Source of the DNA: an uncultured Alphaproteobacteria bacterium
Lineage (GTDB): Bacteria; Pseudomonadota; Alphaproteobacteria; MPNO01; DASWLB01
Assembly: GCA_963817535.1 (NCBI GenBank)
Contig: CAWFOW010000011.1
Coordinates: 243,473 to 307,472 of the forward strand
Reading direction: 5' to 3'
DNA length: 64,000 nucleotides
Position 1 is the stretch's first letter. The number at the start of each line of letters is the position of its first letter. Positions 62,541 to 64,000 of this stretch are shown here, piece after piece. Below the pieces are notes generated by a model. That model searched no databases, had not been told where the DNA came from, and saw nothing but the letters and a program-made list of their open reading frames with translations. Both the position numbers and the translations under genes were made by a program.

Positions 62541-64000
62541 ATGCGAAGACTACGGGGGTGGGCTGCCTACGGCTGCGCCATCATTTGCGGTGTCGCCGTG
62601 TTTGTTTCGGAGGCGGAAGCCTCGCCGCAGTCGCGCGCCTTGATCCGCGAAGGCGTCACTGCGATGCAGGCGGGCGACGCTAAGACCGCTGAGGCGCGGT
62701 TCCGTGCGGCATTGCGGGCTGATCCGTCGGACAGCGACGCGCTGGTCCATCTCGCCGCGCTCGCCAACCGCTACGGCAATTGGCGGGCGGCGTACAACCT
62801 GGCGCGCAGCGCCAAAGCCCTGAAGAACAATCATCCCGATCTCGATTTCGAGCTCGGCTGGGCGGAGCTCGAGACGGAGCGGTTCCAGGCCGCCATTACC
62901 TCGCTCGAGCGTTACGATGCCGCCCATCCCGGCCGCGCGCTGACCGAAGAGCTTCTCGGCCGGGCCGAGCTCGCGCTGGGCCAGATCGCCAAGGCGAAGG
63001 CGCGGTTCGAGGACGTTGCGGCGCGCGATCCGAACCTGCGCCCGAACGCCCTGTACTACCTCGCCCAGATCCAGTCGATGCAAGGCGCGAATAACGATGC
63101 AGCGCGCACCCTGGCACGCCTGTCGCACGAATCGCCGGACAGCCCCATGAACCGCGTCCTTCTCGAGAAGGCCGCACAGGTGGAGCCGTCCCAGCCGAAA
63201 TTCTGGTCGCTCACCTTCCTCGGCGGCATCGGCTACAACGACAACGTGATCGGCACCGATGACGGCGTGCCGCTGCCCCCCGAGATCACCGGCCGCGCAT
63301 CCGGTTTCTGGCGTGCCGCGCTCGACGGCTCCGTGACCGTGTACCGCGAACAGGGGCGCCGCCTCGCGCTGGGCTACACCTTGCAGCGGGACCGGTACCT
63401 GCGTGCCGGCCTTCACCAGTACGACGTCACCGACCATTACCCGCACATCGATGCCAGCATCGCGCTGACGCCCGAGCTTGCCGCCGGGCTGCGGATCGGT
63501 GACGAGCTCACCTATGTCGGCGGCAAGAAGTTCCGCGAGTCCTATGACGGTCGCGTGTCGCTGGCCTGGCGTGCTCATGACTGGGCCGTCATCGAGGGAG
63601 CGGTTCGCCTTCAGCACATGGATTACCGGCAGCCGCCGCCCTTCGCGGTGCAGGACCGGACCGGCGACGCCTACGGATTTACCGTGACCGCCTACCTGAC
63701 GCCGCCGAACCGGTGGGGCATCGAGGGCTATGTCGGATGGTCGCACGGCTCGAACGACACCGACGGCACAGATTTCCGGAACGACAGCGACGTGATCCTG
63801 GCGGGCGCGTCCATGCCGCTGCCGTGGAAGATCGACGCCGTGCTGAACTATAGCCACAGCTTCGACCGGTATTCCGAGGTCAACAGCTTCGCCGGTCCGT
63901 TCGGCAACGGGTTCAACCGGTCCGACGACATCGACGCCCTGACGCTGCAGTTCACGCGCCCGATCGTCGGGCCGGTCTCGGCTTTCGGCCGCTACGACTA
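62541..64000 (+). CDS. TPR-repeat protein with C-terminal beta-rich (outer-membrane-like) region, partial (continues past window end)
   Basis: ATG at 62541, signal-like N-terminus (MRRLRGWAAYGCAIICGVAVFVSEAEA), TPR repeats (ALIREGVTAMQAGDAKTAEARFRAALRADP...). Then alternating hydrophobic/aromatic beta-strand-like segments. The open frame is maintained to nt 64000. Not in the ORF track because it has no stop in the window. Confidence 0.5.
   Translation, partial: MRRLRGWAAYGCAIICGVAVFVSEAEASPQSRALIREGVTAMQAGDAKTAEARFRAALRADPSDSDALVHLAALANRYGNWRAAYNLARSAKALKNNHPDLDFELGWAELETERFQAAITSLERYDAAHPGRALTEELLGRAELALGQIAKAKARFEDVAARDPNLRPNALYYLAQIQSMQGANNDAARTLARLSHESPDSPMNRVLLEKAAQVEPSQPKFWSLTFLGGIGYNDNVIGTDDGVPLPPEITGRASGFWRAALDGSVTVYREQGRRLALGYTLQRDRYLRAGLHQYDVTDHYPHIDASIALTPELAAGLRIGDELTYVGGKKFRESYDGRVSLAWRAHDWAVIEGAVRLQHMDYRQPPPFAVQDRTGDAYGFTVTAYLTPPNRWGIEGYVGWSHGSNDTDGTDFRNDSDVILAGASMPLPWKIDAVLNYSHSFDRYSEVNSFAGPFGNGFNRSDDIDALTLQFTRPIVGPVSAFGRYD

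Noticed and set aside
62550-63857. 435-aa minus-strand ORF
   Set aside because: It is antisense to the partial TPR/beta-rich protein gene (62541..64000), which has the clearer start, signal-like N-terminus and repeat structure.

Overview
This is a high-GC (~68%) chromosomal segment. Housekeeping genes sit in arrangements typical of Alphaproteobacteria: carA-[insert]-carB-greA, trxA next to rne, amiC-mrcA, aroQ-accB-accC, and aat-DUF2155-MTase-mlaD-NDUFA12-like. Accessory blocks are interspersed among them.

From start to end the window contains:
- A polysaccharide (LPS/EPS-like) locus on the minus strand: a partial GT4, two tandem AsnB-type amidotransferase paralogs, a heparinase II/III-like protein and a second GT4.
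- A long minus-strand run with an acyl-CoA-dehydrogenase-fold flavoprotein, three fused TRAP permeases (two close paralogs plus one divergent) and two tandem TAXI-type binding proteins.
- A RelE/ParE-type toxin-antitoxin pair sitting exactly between carA and carB.
- A NitT/TauT-type ABC importer operon.
- An IS1595-family element bounded by ~80 bp imperfect inverted repeats. It carries a low-GC cargo of two passenger genes: a small tail-anchored membrane protein and a 205-aa protein with an Rx4H (HEPN-like) motif. This is the most likely candidate for an undescribed mobile defence or toxin module.
- An aminotransferase-GGT pair divergent from an M48/TPR protease, then maiA and an ornithine-decarboxylase-like gene.
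- A processive GT2, and a GT-like/FkbM methyltransferase fusion.
- A 1005-aa protein with clear NrdJ (class II ribonucleotide reductase) N- and C-terminal blocks, but with apparently substituted central catalytic motifs. It looks like a possible pseudo-enzyme.
- An aromatic-catabolism-like cluster: LLM monooxygenase, alpha/beta hydrolase, ABM, amidohydrolase-2, VOC dioxygenase and GST.

Two genes (mlaD, LLM oxidoreductase) carry apparent single-base frameshifts in GC runs. No rRNA, tRNA or CRISPR array was recognised. Many long antisense ORFs in the track are high-GC artefacts.

Coordinates were derived from the ORF track and checked against the sequence. Where the track's 'M' is GTG or TTG, this is noted in the feature evidence.
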